DNA of 64,000 nucleotides, taken from Botryllus schlosseri. Lineage: Eukaryota. Shown here piece by piece: positions 63,820 through 64,000 of this stretch (its first letter is position 1; every line of letters begins with the position of its first letter). The stretch lies in the NCBI GenBank assembly GCA_051294905.1, contig CM119372.1:5334001-5398000 (forward strand), given 5' to 3'. The notes under the pieces were generated by a model, which did no database searches, was not told where the DNA came from, and worked only from the letters and a program-made list of their open reading frames with translations. The position numbers and the translations under genes are program-made.

Positions 63820-64000
63820 CTTGGCGACATATGCTGGGCAAAACTTGATACGTCTTGATATGCCCCGACACCACGACAAGGTTACCTTCACTACTGGCTT
63901 ATCACAAGTCACCGGTACGCAGTCTTCGCCTTCCGACGGACATTCTTTCGGCGTGCATATCTCTTGAACCTCCACCAGCACTGTCTCGTTCTTGTCGAGA
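63820..64000 (-). CDS. Possible coding exon fragment cut by the window edge
   Basis: Open minus-strand frame LDKNETVLVEVQEICTPKECPSEGEDCVPVTCDKPVVK... No family recognised. Confidence 0.25.

Overview
Eukaryotic animal genomic DNA with short spliceosomal introns and many DNA-transposon relics. An ascidian or other invertebrate chordate is suspected, which is inference only. Genes reconstructed by hand from splice sites and reading phase: (1) a divergent Cys-loop, nAChR-like subunit (-, 1593-6331); (2) a calmodulin-like EF-hand protein (-, 7292-8015); (3) a 16-exon glycyl-tRNA synthetase, GARS (-, 13595-23171), with a mitochondrial-presequence exon and a U12-type AT-AC intron; (4) a 5'-truncated LINE reverse transcriptase (-, 25922-27403); (5) a 19-exon, ~870-aa secreted protein (-, 30439-44973) made of nine tandem two-exon modules with 10-12 Cys each, several joined by Asp/Glu-rich linkers, with vanabin-like cysteine spacing; (6) an uncharacterised multi-pass membrane protein (+, 46505-48454); (7) a type II membrane protein with SEA-like and LCCL domains (+, from 52653, with no stop found in the window). 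Item 5 is not visible as one unit in the ORF track and is the most interesting object here. Many TAGGG...CCCTA hAT-type non-autonomous elements with 8-bp target-site duplications (TSDs) lie in introns and intergenic DNA. All exon models are manual and have no transcript support.
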